The position numbers and the translations under genes are program-made. 32,291 nucleotides of DNA from Ignavibacteriaceae bacterium. Lineage in GTDB: Bacteria > Bacteroidota > Ignavibacteria > Ignavibacteriales > Ignavibacteriaceae. Shown here in pieces: positions 1 to 8,242 of the stretch; position 1 is the first letter of the stretch; each line of letters opens with the position of its first letter. The stretch is from assembly GCA_049670345.1 (NCBI GenBank), contig JBATTD010000304.1:1-32291 (forward strand). Direction: 5' to 3'. The notes under the pieces are model-generated. The model saw only the letters and a list, made by a program, of their open reading frames with translations, was not told where the DNA came from and did no database searches.

Positions 1-969
1 GTGATAAAACAGGCACTTATAAAGAAATGTAATTTTATTATTACCCACCATCCCTTACTCTTCAACCCTTTAAAAAAAATTAATACGGAATCAGATTCTA
101 CCTCAAAACTTGTTGAGAAACTTATAAAAAATGATGTGACTCTTTACTCCGCTCATACAAACCTGGATTTCACAAAAGATGGGGTAAGCTTTCAGCTTGC
201 AAAGAGATTAAATCTGCAAAACATAAATTTCTTGCATCACTTAAAAGAAAATCAAATAAAATTAGTGGTGTTTGTACCGGAAGATAATGTTGAAGAGGTT
301 TCAAATGCAATTCATCTCTCCGGTGGAGGAATAATTGGCAACTACTTAAATTGTAGTTTCAGAATTAAAGGTACCGGAACATTTAAAGGTACGAAAGAAA
401 CAAGTCCAGCAATAGGTACTAAAGACCAACTTGAATCTGTAGATGAAATTAGATTAGAAGTGATTGTTGATAACTGGAAACTGCCTAAAGTGATAATGGC
501 AATGAAATCAGCCCATCCCTACGAAGAAGTTGCATACGATTTATATCCGCTTAAAAATGAAAATAGCCATTATGGAATGGGGGCAATTGGTGAATTGAAA
601 AAATCTATGATCAAAAATGAATTTCTTGATTTCGTTTCGAAAAATTTAAACGCAAAAAATTTAAAGTATTCAAACGGGAAAAAAGGGAATATAAAACGAG
701 TAGCTGTGTGCGGTGGCTCCTGCTCCGATTTACTAAATACTGCATCTGAGTTAAATGCAGATGCTTTTATTACAGCTGACGTGAAATATCATTCGTTTCA
801 GGATGCTGCGGGAAAAATCCTTTTTATTGATGCTGGACATTATGAAACGGAAATTCATTCAATTGACGAAATACAAAAGAGATTGGAGTTCTTTCTTAAC
901 AAAGAAAAGAGAATTAAAGTTTATAAATATCGCGGTTCAACAAACCCAATAATTTTTTACAACAACTGA
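1..969 (+). CDS. Nif3-like dinuclear metal centre protein (YqfO/YbgI family), 5' end cut by window edge
   Basis: The frame is open from base 1. Family-typical segments are present: ITHHPLLF, YSAHTNLD and C-terminal FITADVKYH...IDAGHYETE. An inserted middle domain matches long YqfO-type members. The GTG at base 1 is probably not the true start. Confidence 0.85.
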   Translation: MIKQALIKKCNFIITHHPLLFNPLKKINTESDSTSKLVEKLIKNDVTLYSAHTNLDFTKDGVSFQLAKRLNLQNINFLHHLKENQIKLVVFVPEDNVEEVSNAIHLSGGGIIGNYLNCSFRIKGTGTFKGTKETSPAIGTKDQLESVDEIRLEVIVDNWKLPKVIMAMKSAHPYEEVAYDLYPLKNENSHYGMGAIGELKKSMIKNEFLDFVSKNLNAKNLKYSNGKKGNIKRVAVCGGSCSDLLNTASELNADAFITADVKYHSFQDAAGKILFIDAGHYETEIHSIDEIQKRLEFFLNKEKRIKVYKYRGSTNPIIFYNN

Positions 970-983
970 GGAGCATAATTAAA

Positions 984-1709
984 TTGCATAACAGGTTAAA
1001 AATAATTTATCAGCTTCAACTTATTGATGATCAGCTTGATGAACTTGAAGAGTTGAGAGGAGATCTTCCGAATACCGTTAAAGAATTGGAAGAAAAAATT
1101 GATCGTGTGAAAGAAGATATTTCTAATATGGAAAAGGAACAGAAGGAATCTCTTAAAAAACGTGATAGAAACGAAATAGATATTGAAAAACTTACTGAGA
1201 ACCAAAAGAAATTTAAATCTCAACTTTACCAGGTACGAAACAACAAGGAATATGATGCGCTTACAAAGGAGATTGATCACACTGAAAGTCAAATAGAAAA
1301 ACTGACTACTGAAAATGATTCACTTGCTGATCTTAGTAAAAGTCTCACTGTTCAAGTTGAAGATATTAAACCAATGCTTGATGAATTAAATCAGCAACTT
1401 AAAGAAAGCAAGTCAAATTTAAAAGAGATTATTAAAGCAAATGAAAAAGAAGAAACCAAACTGCTTAGTATAAGAAAGAAAATAGAAAGCGAAGTGAAGA
1501 AACCAGATATATCTGCTTACATCAGGATAAGAAAAGCAAAGAAAGGCAAAGCAATAGCGACAATCAAAAGGTCTGCTTGTTCGGGATGCCACAATGTTGT
1601 CCCTTCTCAAAGACAATTGGAAATACGGCAGAATAACAAGTTATATCTTTGCGAATATTGCGGAAGAATATTAGTCTCAAATGAAATTACTCAGCTTGCA
1701 GAAGAATAA
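984..1709 (+). CDS. COG1579-type coiled-coil protein with C-terminal C4 zinc ribbon
   Basis: TTG start lies 10 nt after GAGGAG (968-973). About 190 aa of charged heptad-like coiled coil are followed by CSGCHNVV...CEYCGRIL (two CxxC pairs). It sits directly downstream of the Nif3-like gene, the usual partner arrangement. Confidence 0.8.
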   Translation: MHNRLKIIYQLQLIDDQLDELEELRGDLPNTVKELEEKIDRVKEDISNMEKEQKESLKKRDRNEIDIEKLTENQKKFKSQLYQVRNNKEYDALTKEIDHTESQIEKLTTENDSLADLSKSLTVQVEDIKPMLDELNQQLKESKSNLKEIIKANEKEETKLLSIRKKIESEVKKPDISAYIRIRKAKKGKAIATIKRSACSGCHNVVPSQRQLEIRQNNKLYLCEYCGRILVSNEITQLAEE

Positions 1710-1940
1710 CAGAGAACACTAAAAATCCCATTTGTGGATTCCTCGGGTTTTTAAATAGTTGATTTTATTAATAGCTATTACAACCAAGCTTTTCTAATGA
1801 TTTAGGCAAGTTAATTTAGTATATTAGCGCAATTTGCAGAACACATTGTGTGTTCAATATTTATCGTTAAAATTAATACGTAATTAGCAAAATTGTTCGT
1901 TTTAATAATTAGCGGGCAATTTTTATTTTAGAAGAATAAT

Positions 1941-2342
1941 GGAATAAGTCAGTCCGGGCAATTGCTGCACTGTTTAACAGTGTAGAGGAAAGTCCGAACT
2001 TCACAGAACAAGGTGCCGGGTAACTCCCGGGAATTGTAAGAAAAATCTTATGATTACTGCCAGTGCCACAGAAAATATACTTCCTCGATTTTTCGGGGTA
2101 AAGGTGAAATGGCGGGGTAAGAGCCCACCGCTCCAATGGTAACATTGGAGGCACGGTAAACCACACCCGAAGCAATGTCAAATAGGGAGATTGTTTCCCA
2201 ATATTATTGGGAAGCGGGGTTGTTCGCTCCGATAGTCTCCGGGTAGACTGCTGGATCCAAATGGTAACATTTGGGCTAGATAAATAATTGCCGCCCCGAT
2301 TTTTTTCGGGATACAGAATTCGGCTTACAGGATTGATTTTTT
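1941..2342 (+). ncRNA. rnpB: RNase P RNA, bacterial type A
   Basis: Universal P4 strands are present: GAGGAAAGTCCGAAC (1985-1999) and ACAGAATTCGGCTTA (2313-2327). Other conserved blocks are AAGGTGCCGGGTAACTCCCGG, CAGTGCCACAGAAA, GGTAAAGGTGAAATGGCGGGGTAAGAGCCCACCG, GGTAAACCACACCCGAAGCAATGTCAAATAGG, GGGTAGACTGCTGG and GCTAGATAAATAATTGCC. A P1 helix can form between AGTCAGTCC (1947-1955) and GGATTGATT (2330-2338), using G-U pairs. Ends are approximate (+/- 10 nt). Confidence 0.93.
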
Positions 2343-2376
2343 CTAATTGTTCTTTGCATTTTTAATTCATCATTTT

Positions 2377-4092
2377 ATGTTGCAAAAACGTTGGAATATT
2401 AAGGAAATAAAGGATGATTTTGCAGTTGAAACTCTTGCTGAATCACTGAATATTTCGGAAACATTGACCCGTATATTGGTTCAGAGGAATATACAATCAT
2501 TTAATGAAGCAAAACATTTTTTCAGACCCTCACTCGAATATCTTCACGATCCTTTTCTTATGGACGGTATGGAAACTGCTACTCATCGTCTTATTCAAGC
2601 ACTCACGGAAAACGAGCTAATAACAATTTATGGCGACTACGATGTTGATGGAACCTGTGCAACTTCTGTACTATACCTATTTTTAAAAGCGCTTGATGCG
2701 AATGTGGGATTTTATATTCCTAAAAGATTAACAGAAGGATATGGAATTTCAAAACAAGGAATTGACCACGTAAAAGAAAGAGGCACATCTCTTCTTATAA
2801 GTGTTGATTGCGGAATAACAGCAATAGAAGAAATCGATTACGCTAATCAACTTGGCATGGATGTAATAATCTGCGATCATCACAAACCGAAAGAAGAAAT
2901 TCCAAATGCACTTGCTGTACTAGATCCCCTTAAACCAGATTGTAATTACCCATTTAAATGTTTATGCGGTGCAGGTGTAGCATTTAAACTTGCACAGGGT
3001 TTAGCCGAAAGAATCGGTAAGCGAGATATGCCGTTGGAATATCTTGATCTTGTAGCGCTCGCAAGTGCGGCTGATATTGTTTCACTTACTGATGAAAACA
3101 GAATTATTGTTAGCGAAGGGATAAAACTAATTAATGAATCTCCCCGCCCTGCACTTGAAGCTCTTATTGAAGCCAGCCATCTTCACCCTGGAGATTTATC
3201 ATCTGGACAAATTGTTTTTACAATTGCACCTAGAATTAATGCGGTTGGAAGAATGGGAGATGCTGAGCGTGCAGTTGAGCTCCTTATTTCAGAGGATAAA
3301 AAAGAAGCGAAAGAATTAGCGAGCATTCTCGAATCGGAAAACTATGCGCGGCGCAAAATTGATGTGGATACTTTTGATGCTGCTATGGAACTTGTAGAAG
3401 ACACACTCGATTTTAAAAATGACAGGGCAATTGTTTTACATCAGGAAGAATGGCATCCCGGTGTTATCGGGATTGTTGCATCACGGCTTGTTGAAAAATA
3501 TTACCGCCCAACCATTATGCTTACCACAATTGATGGTGTGGCAAAAGGTTCGGCAAGAAGTATTTCTAATTTTGACATTTATGAAGCACTTGAACAGTGC
3601 AAAGATTATCTTATTCAATTCGGCGGGCATCGTGCTGCTGCCGGACTTGCTATTGAACTTGAAAAACTGGGTGACTTTAAAGATAAGTTCAACGAAATAG
3701 TTCGCACTTCCTTAAACGATGATGAACTGCTTCCCGAAATAGTCATTGATTCGCCGCTCCGTTTTTCAGAGATCACACCAAAGTTGTTAAGAATTCTGGA
3801 TCAGTTTTCCCCTTTCGGACCTGGAAATATGCGCCCGGTATTCCTTTCGGAAAATGTAATGCTTTACAACTCACCAAGAAAAATTGGTAATAATCAAAAC
3901 CACTTGCTCTGTAGCTTTAAACAAGAAGGGTGTAATAAAATATTTGATTGTATCGGTTTTAATATGAGTGATTATTACGATATTTTAATAAATTCGAATG
4001 GTGATTTAAACATTGTTTATACGATAGATAAAATTATAAGGAACGATAAATCGTTTCCTCAATTTAGATTAAAAGACATAAAACAAAATTGA
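2377..4092 (+). CDS. recJ: Single-stranded-DNA-specific exonuclease RecJ
   Basis: DHH-family motifs are present: YGDYDVDGT, SVDCGI, ICDHH; also the DHHA1-type segment GGHRAAAG. The ORF track starts at TTG 2347, only about 5 nt after rnpB. The ATG at 2377 (MLQKRWNI...) is the more plausible start. Confidence 0.9.
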   Translation: MLQKRWNIKEIKDDFAVETLAESLNISETLTRILVQRNIQSFNEAKHFFRPSLEYLHDPFLMDGMETATHRLIQALTENELITIYGDYDVDGTCATSVLYLFLKALDANVGFYIPKRLTEGYGISKQGIDHVKERGTSLLISVDCGITAIEEIDYANQLGMDVIICDHHKPKEEIPNALAVLDPLKPDCNYPFKCLCGAGVAFKLAQGLAERIGKRDMPLEYLDLVALASAADIVSLTDENRIIVSEGIKLINESPRPALEALIEASHLHPGDLSSGQIVFTIAPRINAVGRMGDAERAVELLISEDKKEAKELASILESENYARRKIDVDTFDAAMELVEDTLDFKNDRAIVLHQEEWHPGVIGIVASRLVEKYYRPTIMLTTIDGVAKGSARSISNFDIYEALEQCKDYLIQFGGHRAAAGLAIELEKLGDFKDKFNEIVRTSLNDDELLPEIVIDSPLRFSEITPKLLRILDQFSPFGPGNMRPVFLSENVMLYNSPRKIGNNQNHLLCSFKQEGCNKIFDCIGFNMSDYYDILINSNGDLNIVYTIDKIIRNDKSFPQFRLKDIKQN

Positions 4093-4111
4093 TGTTAGAG
4101 GAGAAAGTATA

Positions 4112-4849
4112 ATGTCCGGGCATTCAAAATGGTCGACTATCAAAAGAAAAAAAGGCGCAGCCGACGCAAAACGTGGAAAAATGTTCACAAAGCTTATCAA
4201 GGAGATTACAATTGCTGCAAGAGAAAACGGCGGAGATCCAGGCGCTAATCCAAGGTTACGCCTTGCAATCGATAACGCAAAGGCTGCTAATATGCCTGCT
4301 GATAATATTGAGCGCGCAATAAAAAAAGCAACTGGCGAACTAGAAGGTGTTACCTATACAGAAATTACTTATGAAGGATACGGTCCGGGTGGTGTAGCAA
4401 TGCTTATTGAAGTTGCTACCGATAATAAAAACCGAAGTGTTGCCGAAGTAAGACATCTTTTCAGCAAATATAACGGAAGCATGGGCGAAAACGGTTCGGT
4501 TGCCTGGATGTTCGATCGTAAGGGTATTATTACTCTTCCGATTCAGAATAAAACAGAAGATGAAATAATGGATATTGTGCTGGAAGCCGGTGCAGAAGAC
4601 CTTCAAACTGAAGAAGATTACTTTGAAGTACAAACTGACCTTGAATCGTTTGACCCTGTTAGAAAAGCTTTGGTTGCAGCAGACATGCAGATTGAAAATG
4701 CATCTTTGCAGTGGATTGCAAAAAATACCGTTAATGTAAGCGGAGATGATGCAGAAAAAGTAATGAAAATAATTGAAGCAATGGAAGATAGTGAAGACGT
4801 ACAAAACGTTTATTCCAATGCGGATTTTGACGAAGATTTGATTCAATAA
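4112..4849 (+). CDS. yebC: YebC/PmpR family DNA-binding transcriptional regulator
   Basis: Signature N-terminus MSGHSKWSTIKRKKGAADAKRGKMFTKL. AGAGGAG (4097-4103) lies 8 nt upstream of the ATG. The gene sits in the classical position upstream of ruvC. Confidence 0.92.
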   Translation: MSGHSKWSTIKRKKGAADAKRGKMFTKLIKEITIAARENGGDPGANPRLRLAIDNAKAANMPADNIERAIKKATGELEGVTYTEITYEGYGPGGVAMLIEVATDNKNRSVAEVRHLFSKYNGSMGENGSVAWMFDRKGIITLPIQNKTEDEIMDIVLEAGAEDLQTEEDYFEVQTDLESFDPVRKALVAADMQIENASLQWIAKNTVNVSGDDAEKVMKIIEAMEDSEDVQNVYSNADFDEDLIQ

Positions 4850-4930
4850 TAATTTAAGGTATTAACTTAAAAGCATAACGACTGTCAATCTAAAGACTAC
4901 GTTAATACTTTTAGGCAGTTCCAAACTAAA

Positions 4931-5470
4931 ATGATAATACTTGGAATTGATCCCGGTACAACCATAACTGGTTACGGCATCATTAAATATGAAAGTAATG
5001 CTTTCACAAAAATTGCCAGTGGGGTAATCAGTCTTCCTTCCACAAAACCGATTCCTACACGTTTAAAAGTCATTCATGAAGAAATAAATAAAATAATCAG
5101 ATTGCATAAACCGGATGAATTCGCGATTGAAACAGCATTTTATGGAAAGAATGTTCAATCAGCAATGAAGATAGGTTACGCAAGAGGTGTGGCAATTCTT
5201 GCAGCGGTTCTTAACAACATACCTACAAGTGAGTATTCTCCGCGCGAGATAAAAAAATCTGTCGTCGGCAGAGGTTCTGCAACAAAAGAACAGGTTGGGT
5301 TTATGATAAAATCAATATTAGTTTTAGATAAGAAGAATATGAAATCCGATGAAACAGATGCACTTGCAATTGCTCTTTGCCATGCATTCAGAATGAAATC
5401 ACCAGCAAAAGGAAACATGAACTGGAAACAGTTTACCGAAGCATTTCCTGAAAGAGTAATAAGCGAATGA
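4931..5470 (+). CDS. ruvC: Crossover junction endodeoxyribonuclease RuvC
   Basis: N-terminal ILGIDPGTTITGYG (catalytic Asp), EFAIETAFYGKN and DETDALAIALCH acidic residues. Length is typical for RuvC. Confidence 0.92.
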   Translation: MIILGIDPGTTITGYGIIKYESNAFTKIASGVISLPSTKPIPTRLKVIHEEINKIIRLHKPDEFAIETAFYGKNVQSAMKIGYARGVAILAAVLNNIPTSEYSPREIKKSVVGRGSATKEQVGFMIKSILVLDKKNMKSDETDALAIALCHAFRMKSPAKGNMNWKQFTEAFPERVISE

Positions 5471-5480
5471 GGGCAGAAAG

Positions 5481-6062
5481 ATGATTGGATATTTAACCGG
5501 CAAAATTATCTCTTCAAAACCAACTAAAATTTTATTGAATGTGAACGGGGTTGGTTATGTTGTTTTTATTTCAATAAATACTTTCGAAGAAATTTCTAAC
5601 AAAAAAATAGTCTCTCTCTACATTCACACTCATGTTAAAGAAGATTCAATTACACTTTACGGTTTTCATAATGAATCGGAAAAGGAAATTTTTGAACTGC
5701 TTATTTCGATAAGCGGAATAGGACCAAAATTAGCACTTGGTGTCCTTTCGGGAATTCAAACGGAAGACTTAAAGGATGCAATACTAAACGGGGATGTATC
5801 CCGGATAGTTGCCATTCCGGGCATCGGCAAAAAAACCGCTGATAGATTAATTTTAGAATTAAAAAGTAAAGTCGGTGAAGTAAGGATTGAAGGCGATAGC
5901 ACTGTACCACTTGGCGTTAAACAGGAAGCAGTATCGGCGTTATCTACTTTAGGTTATAATTATGCAACTGCTGAAAAGGTTGTTAGGCAAATCCTGTCCT
6001 CTTCACCTGCCTGTACTTTGGAAGAATTAATCAAAAACTCATTAAGTGAGTTGAATAAATGA
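5481..6062 (+). CDS. ruvA: Holliday junction branch migration complex subunit RuvA
   Basis: MIGYLTGKI start, OB-fold N-domain, two helix-hairpin-helix motifs (ISGIGPKLALGVL, IPGIGKKTADRLILEL) and a C-terminal domain III. It follows ruvC by 10 nt. Confidence 0.92.
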   Translation: MIGYLTGKIISSKPTKILLNVNGVGYVVFISINTFEEISNKKIVSLYIHTHVKEDSITLYGFHNESEKEIFELLISISGIGPKLALGVLSGIQTEDLKDAILNGDVSRIVAIPGIGKKTADRLILELKSKVGEVRIEGDSTVPLGVKQEAVSALSTLGYNYATAEKVVRQILSSSPACTLEELIKNSLSELNK

Positions 6063-6067
6063 AGATA

Positions 6068-6170
6068 AAAATTCAAAAAGCAAAAATCAAAATGTAATTC
6101 AATTAAGTACTAAATGAATATTCCTCTTGTGTGTTTTATTATTTTTTTTGAATTTTGGGTTTTGAATTTT
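6068..6170. repeat. AT-rich imperfect inverted repeat between convergent ruvA and FAH genes (possible bidirectional terminator)
   Basis: The left arm AAAATTCAAAAAGCAAAAATCAAAA (6068-6092) is complementary to the right arm 6146-6170 at 22 of 25 positions (aligned by hand). Spacer is about 53 nt. Composition is low-complexity A/T. Confidence 0.35.
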
Positions 6171-6171
6171 A

Positions 6172-6828
6172 TTAACTAATCTGAACCATTAACTCTGCGA
6201 CACCCTCTATTCCTGCTTTAATAACATCATCCTTTTCAACTTTACCAACTCCTTTTGGTGTTCCGGTAAAAATCAAATCTCCCTCATCCAATGTCATCAG
6301 CGAAGATAGATACTTAACTAACTCAGCCGGTTTAAAGATCATCTTGTTTAGTTTATCGCGTTGTCTTTCTTCATCATTAACGGTTAAAAATATCTCTTCA
6401 TCTAAAGTAAGATTGTGATCTTCTTTCGAAACAAACTTTGATAATACCGCTGATGTATCAAAACACTTTGCGATTGTCCATGGGTTTCCTTTGCTTTTTA
6501 GTTTTGATTGAACATCCCGCAAAGTCATATCCAATCCAACACCGAAACCGGCAATTGCGTTATCTGCAATTTCTAAAGATCCATCTTTAATTTTATTTCC
6601 GATGAGCAGCACCAATTCAACTTCGTGGTGCATATCTTCCGAGAATGGAGGATACTTTATCTCATCACCGGAAAAAATTATTGCTGATGCAGGTTTTAAA
6701 AACACAACAGGTTTTTCAGGCACTTCATTTCCTAATTCCTTTGCGTGCTCGACATAATTTCTTCCCACACAAACAATTTTTCCAATTTCAATTTCTTCTG
6801 TGGTGTTGTTAATTTTTAATGTTTTCAT
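6172..6828 (-). CDS. Fumarylacetoacetate hydrolase (FAH) family protein
   Basis: KIVCVGRNYVEHAKELG, metal-binding EVELVLLIG, DMTLRD and C-terminal GDLIFTGTPKGVG are typical of small FAHD1/YcgM-like members. Confidence 0.85.
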   Translation of the reverse strand: MKTLKINNTTEEIEIGKIVCVGRNYVEHAKELGNEVPEKPVVFLKPASAIIFSGDEIKYPPFSEDMHHEVELVLLIGNKIKDGSLEIADNAIAGFGVGLDMTLRDVQSKLKSKGNPWTIAKCFDTSAVLSKFVSKEDHNLTLDEEIFLTVNDEERQRDKLNKMIFKPAELVKYLSSLMTLDEGDLIFTGTPKGVGKVEKDDVIKAGIEGVAELMVQIS

Positions 6829-6915
6829 CTAATAATTTTAGGAAAATATTGGAAGTAAAAGTAGTTAAAATCCGCTTATCCCGTGGCACTAATTTCACTA
6901 TGAACGGGTAATAAT

Positions 6916-8184
6916 TCATGTTTTCTGTTTCTTCTTTGTGGCTGCGGGAAATAGAATGTTGTTAAGTATTAACCTGTAACCCGGAGAATTTTTGTACAAC
7001 GCTAAATCTGTAGGTGGATCTCCAACAGCATGCTGGTAATCTTCGGGATCGTGCCCGCCGTAAAATGTAAAAGTTCCTCTACCGTAATTACCGTGTAAAT
7101 ATTTTACCTGGTCGGTTCCTTCTCTTTCAGCAAGTATTATAACAGATTTTTTTATTCTGCTTCTTCTAAACATTGTTGTCTGTCCCATAAATCCGTGCAC
7201 TACATTTACGTGATCCTGGGTAAGCATAGTTGGAACGGGATCGTACTTTGCAGAAAACTCGAATAACGTGAAATAATCATTATCAAAATTTCCAACTTCT
7301 ATCGGCTGAATATCAATATCGCTGTATTCATAAACGTAAGGATTCAATTCAAGGTTAAAATCGGAAAAGGCAAGAGTGCTATTAAAATCCAGCTTGTTTT
7401 GTGCACCCGGGTCTGCGGCATCTCCATCGTACATTTGTGCTGCGATATCAACATCCTGTACAGATAGAGAAATGTCATAACTATCGGTTGCAGAACACAT
7501 TGCAAATAAAAACCCACCTTGCCCAACAAAATTTTTGATAATTGCGGATACTGTCTTCATCATATCTGCAACTTTTTTAAACCCGTTCTTCTTTGCATTT
7601 TGTTCGTACTGGATTTGCTGATCGATATACCACTGTGCATTGCTGAAACTTGCATAAAACTTTCCGTACTGCCCTGTAAAATCCTCGTGATGAAGATGAA
7701 GCCAATCGTATTTTTCCAGATCACCTTTAAGAATTTCATCATTCCATATTTTATCATAGGGAACTTTTGCATATTCTAAAACCATTGTAACAGCATCATC
7801 CCATGGCTGAAATCCCGGCGGAACATAAACAGCTATCTTAGGTGCTTTCTCTAATCTTATCACATCCATATTGTTTTCATCACTTTGTACAAATGCGTAA
7901 ATATCAGTTGTTTCCGTTAAAGAAACTTGGTTAAAAGTAATTCCTTCAAGACGGCACTCGGCTGCAATTCTATCATCGTAATCGAGAAGGAAGGAACCAC
8001 CGCGATAATTTAAAAGCCAGTCGGCTTTAATGCCTTTATTAAGTGCATTAAATGTAATACCGTAAGCTTTTAAATGGTTGGTCTGATTCATATCCATATA
8101 GATGAGAAGTTTCGACTGTGAATAGATCGAAAGCGACGACAATAGAAATAATAGTGTGATATTAAGAAATATTCTTGAAGTCAT
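6916..8184 (-). CDS. Secreted protein with class I glutamine amidotransferase-like (GATase1/ThuA-like) fold, function unknown
   Basis: Signal peptide MTSRIFLNITLLFLLSSLSIYSQ. PKIAVYVPP...PWDDAV...YDWLHLHHEDF...GGFLFAMCSA resembles a GATase1 beta-alpha core with a nucleophile-elbow Cys (C230). The later YGGHDPED could supply His/Glu. The fold assignment is by eye only. Confidence 0.5.
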   Translation of the reverse strand: MTSRIFLNITLLFLLSSLSIYSQSKLLIYMDMNQTNHLKAYGITFNALNKGIKADWLLNYRGGSFLLDYDDRIAAECRLEGITFNQVSLTETTDIYAFVQSDENNMDVIRLEKAPKIAVYVPPGFQPWDDAVTMVLEYAKVPYDKIWNDEILKGDLEKYDWLHLHHEDFTGQYGKFYASFSNAQWYIDQQIQYEQNAKKNGFKKVADMMKTVSAIIKNFVGQGGFLFAMCSATDSYDISLSVQDVDIAAQMYDGDAADPGAQNKLDFNSTLAFSDFNLELNPYVYEYSDIDIQPIEVGNFDNDYFTLFEFSAKYDPVPTMLTQDHVNVVHGFMGQTTMFRRSRIKKSVIILAEREGTDQVKYLHGNYGRGTFTFYGGHDPEDYQHAVGDPPTDLALYKNSPGYRLILNNILFPAATKKKQKT

Positions 8185-8194
8185 AATAATAAAA

Positions 8195-8218
8195 TAGGGC
8201 GATTCAGCGAATCGCCCC
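8195..8218 (-). terminator. Rho-independent terminator downstream of clpX
   Basis: Perfect 9-bp GC-rich stem GGGCGATTC (8197-8205) / GAATCGCCC (8209-8217) with a 3-nt loop. On the minus strand it is followed by TATTTTATTATT. It lies between the clpX stop (8243) and the next gene start (8184). Confidence 0.7.
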
Positions 8219-8242
8219 TACAACGATAATCAAATTAAAAAA

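Noticed and set aside
1839-1855. Hairpin/palindrome GAACACA-TTG-TGTGTTC upstream of rnpB, which shares an ACATTGT core with the dxr palindrome
   Set aside because: The stem is only 7 bp, and the spacing around the centre differs from the dxr dyad (3 nt versus 1 nt). The shared heptamer is easily coincidental in AT-rich DNA. There is not enough evidence for a common operator.
1909-2181. 90-aa minus-strand ORF
   Set aside because: It lies entirely inside the RNase P RNA gene, whose conserved elements are unambiguous. It has no protein-like motifs. Spurious.
2347-2376. TTG-extended N-termini in the ORF track (recJ 2347, dxr 11578, DUF885-like 19036)
   Set aside because: Downstream ATGs give N-termini matching family norms: MKNVFILGSTGSIG for Dxr, a lipoprotein signal for the DUF885-like gene, and clearance from rnpB for recJ. 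The extensions are probably not translated.
4340-4846. 168-aa minus-strand ORF inside yebC, and similar shadow ORFs at 22963-23322, 996-1292, 30939-31310 and 29087-29383
   Set aside because: All lie antisense or out of frame within strongly supported conserved genes. Their products are hydrophobic or low-complexity with no motifs. These are typical shadow ORFs.
4112-6062. yebC-ruvC-ruvA without an adjacent ruvB
   Set aside because: ruvB is frequently unlinked from ruvA in many bacteria. This is ordinary gene-order variation.
6829-6915. Possible terminator hairpin (TTACCCGT...ACGGGATAA on the minus strand) after the GATase1-like gene
   Set aside because: The stem is only 5+3 bp with a bulge and a 21-nt loop. 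It is too weak to call.
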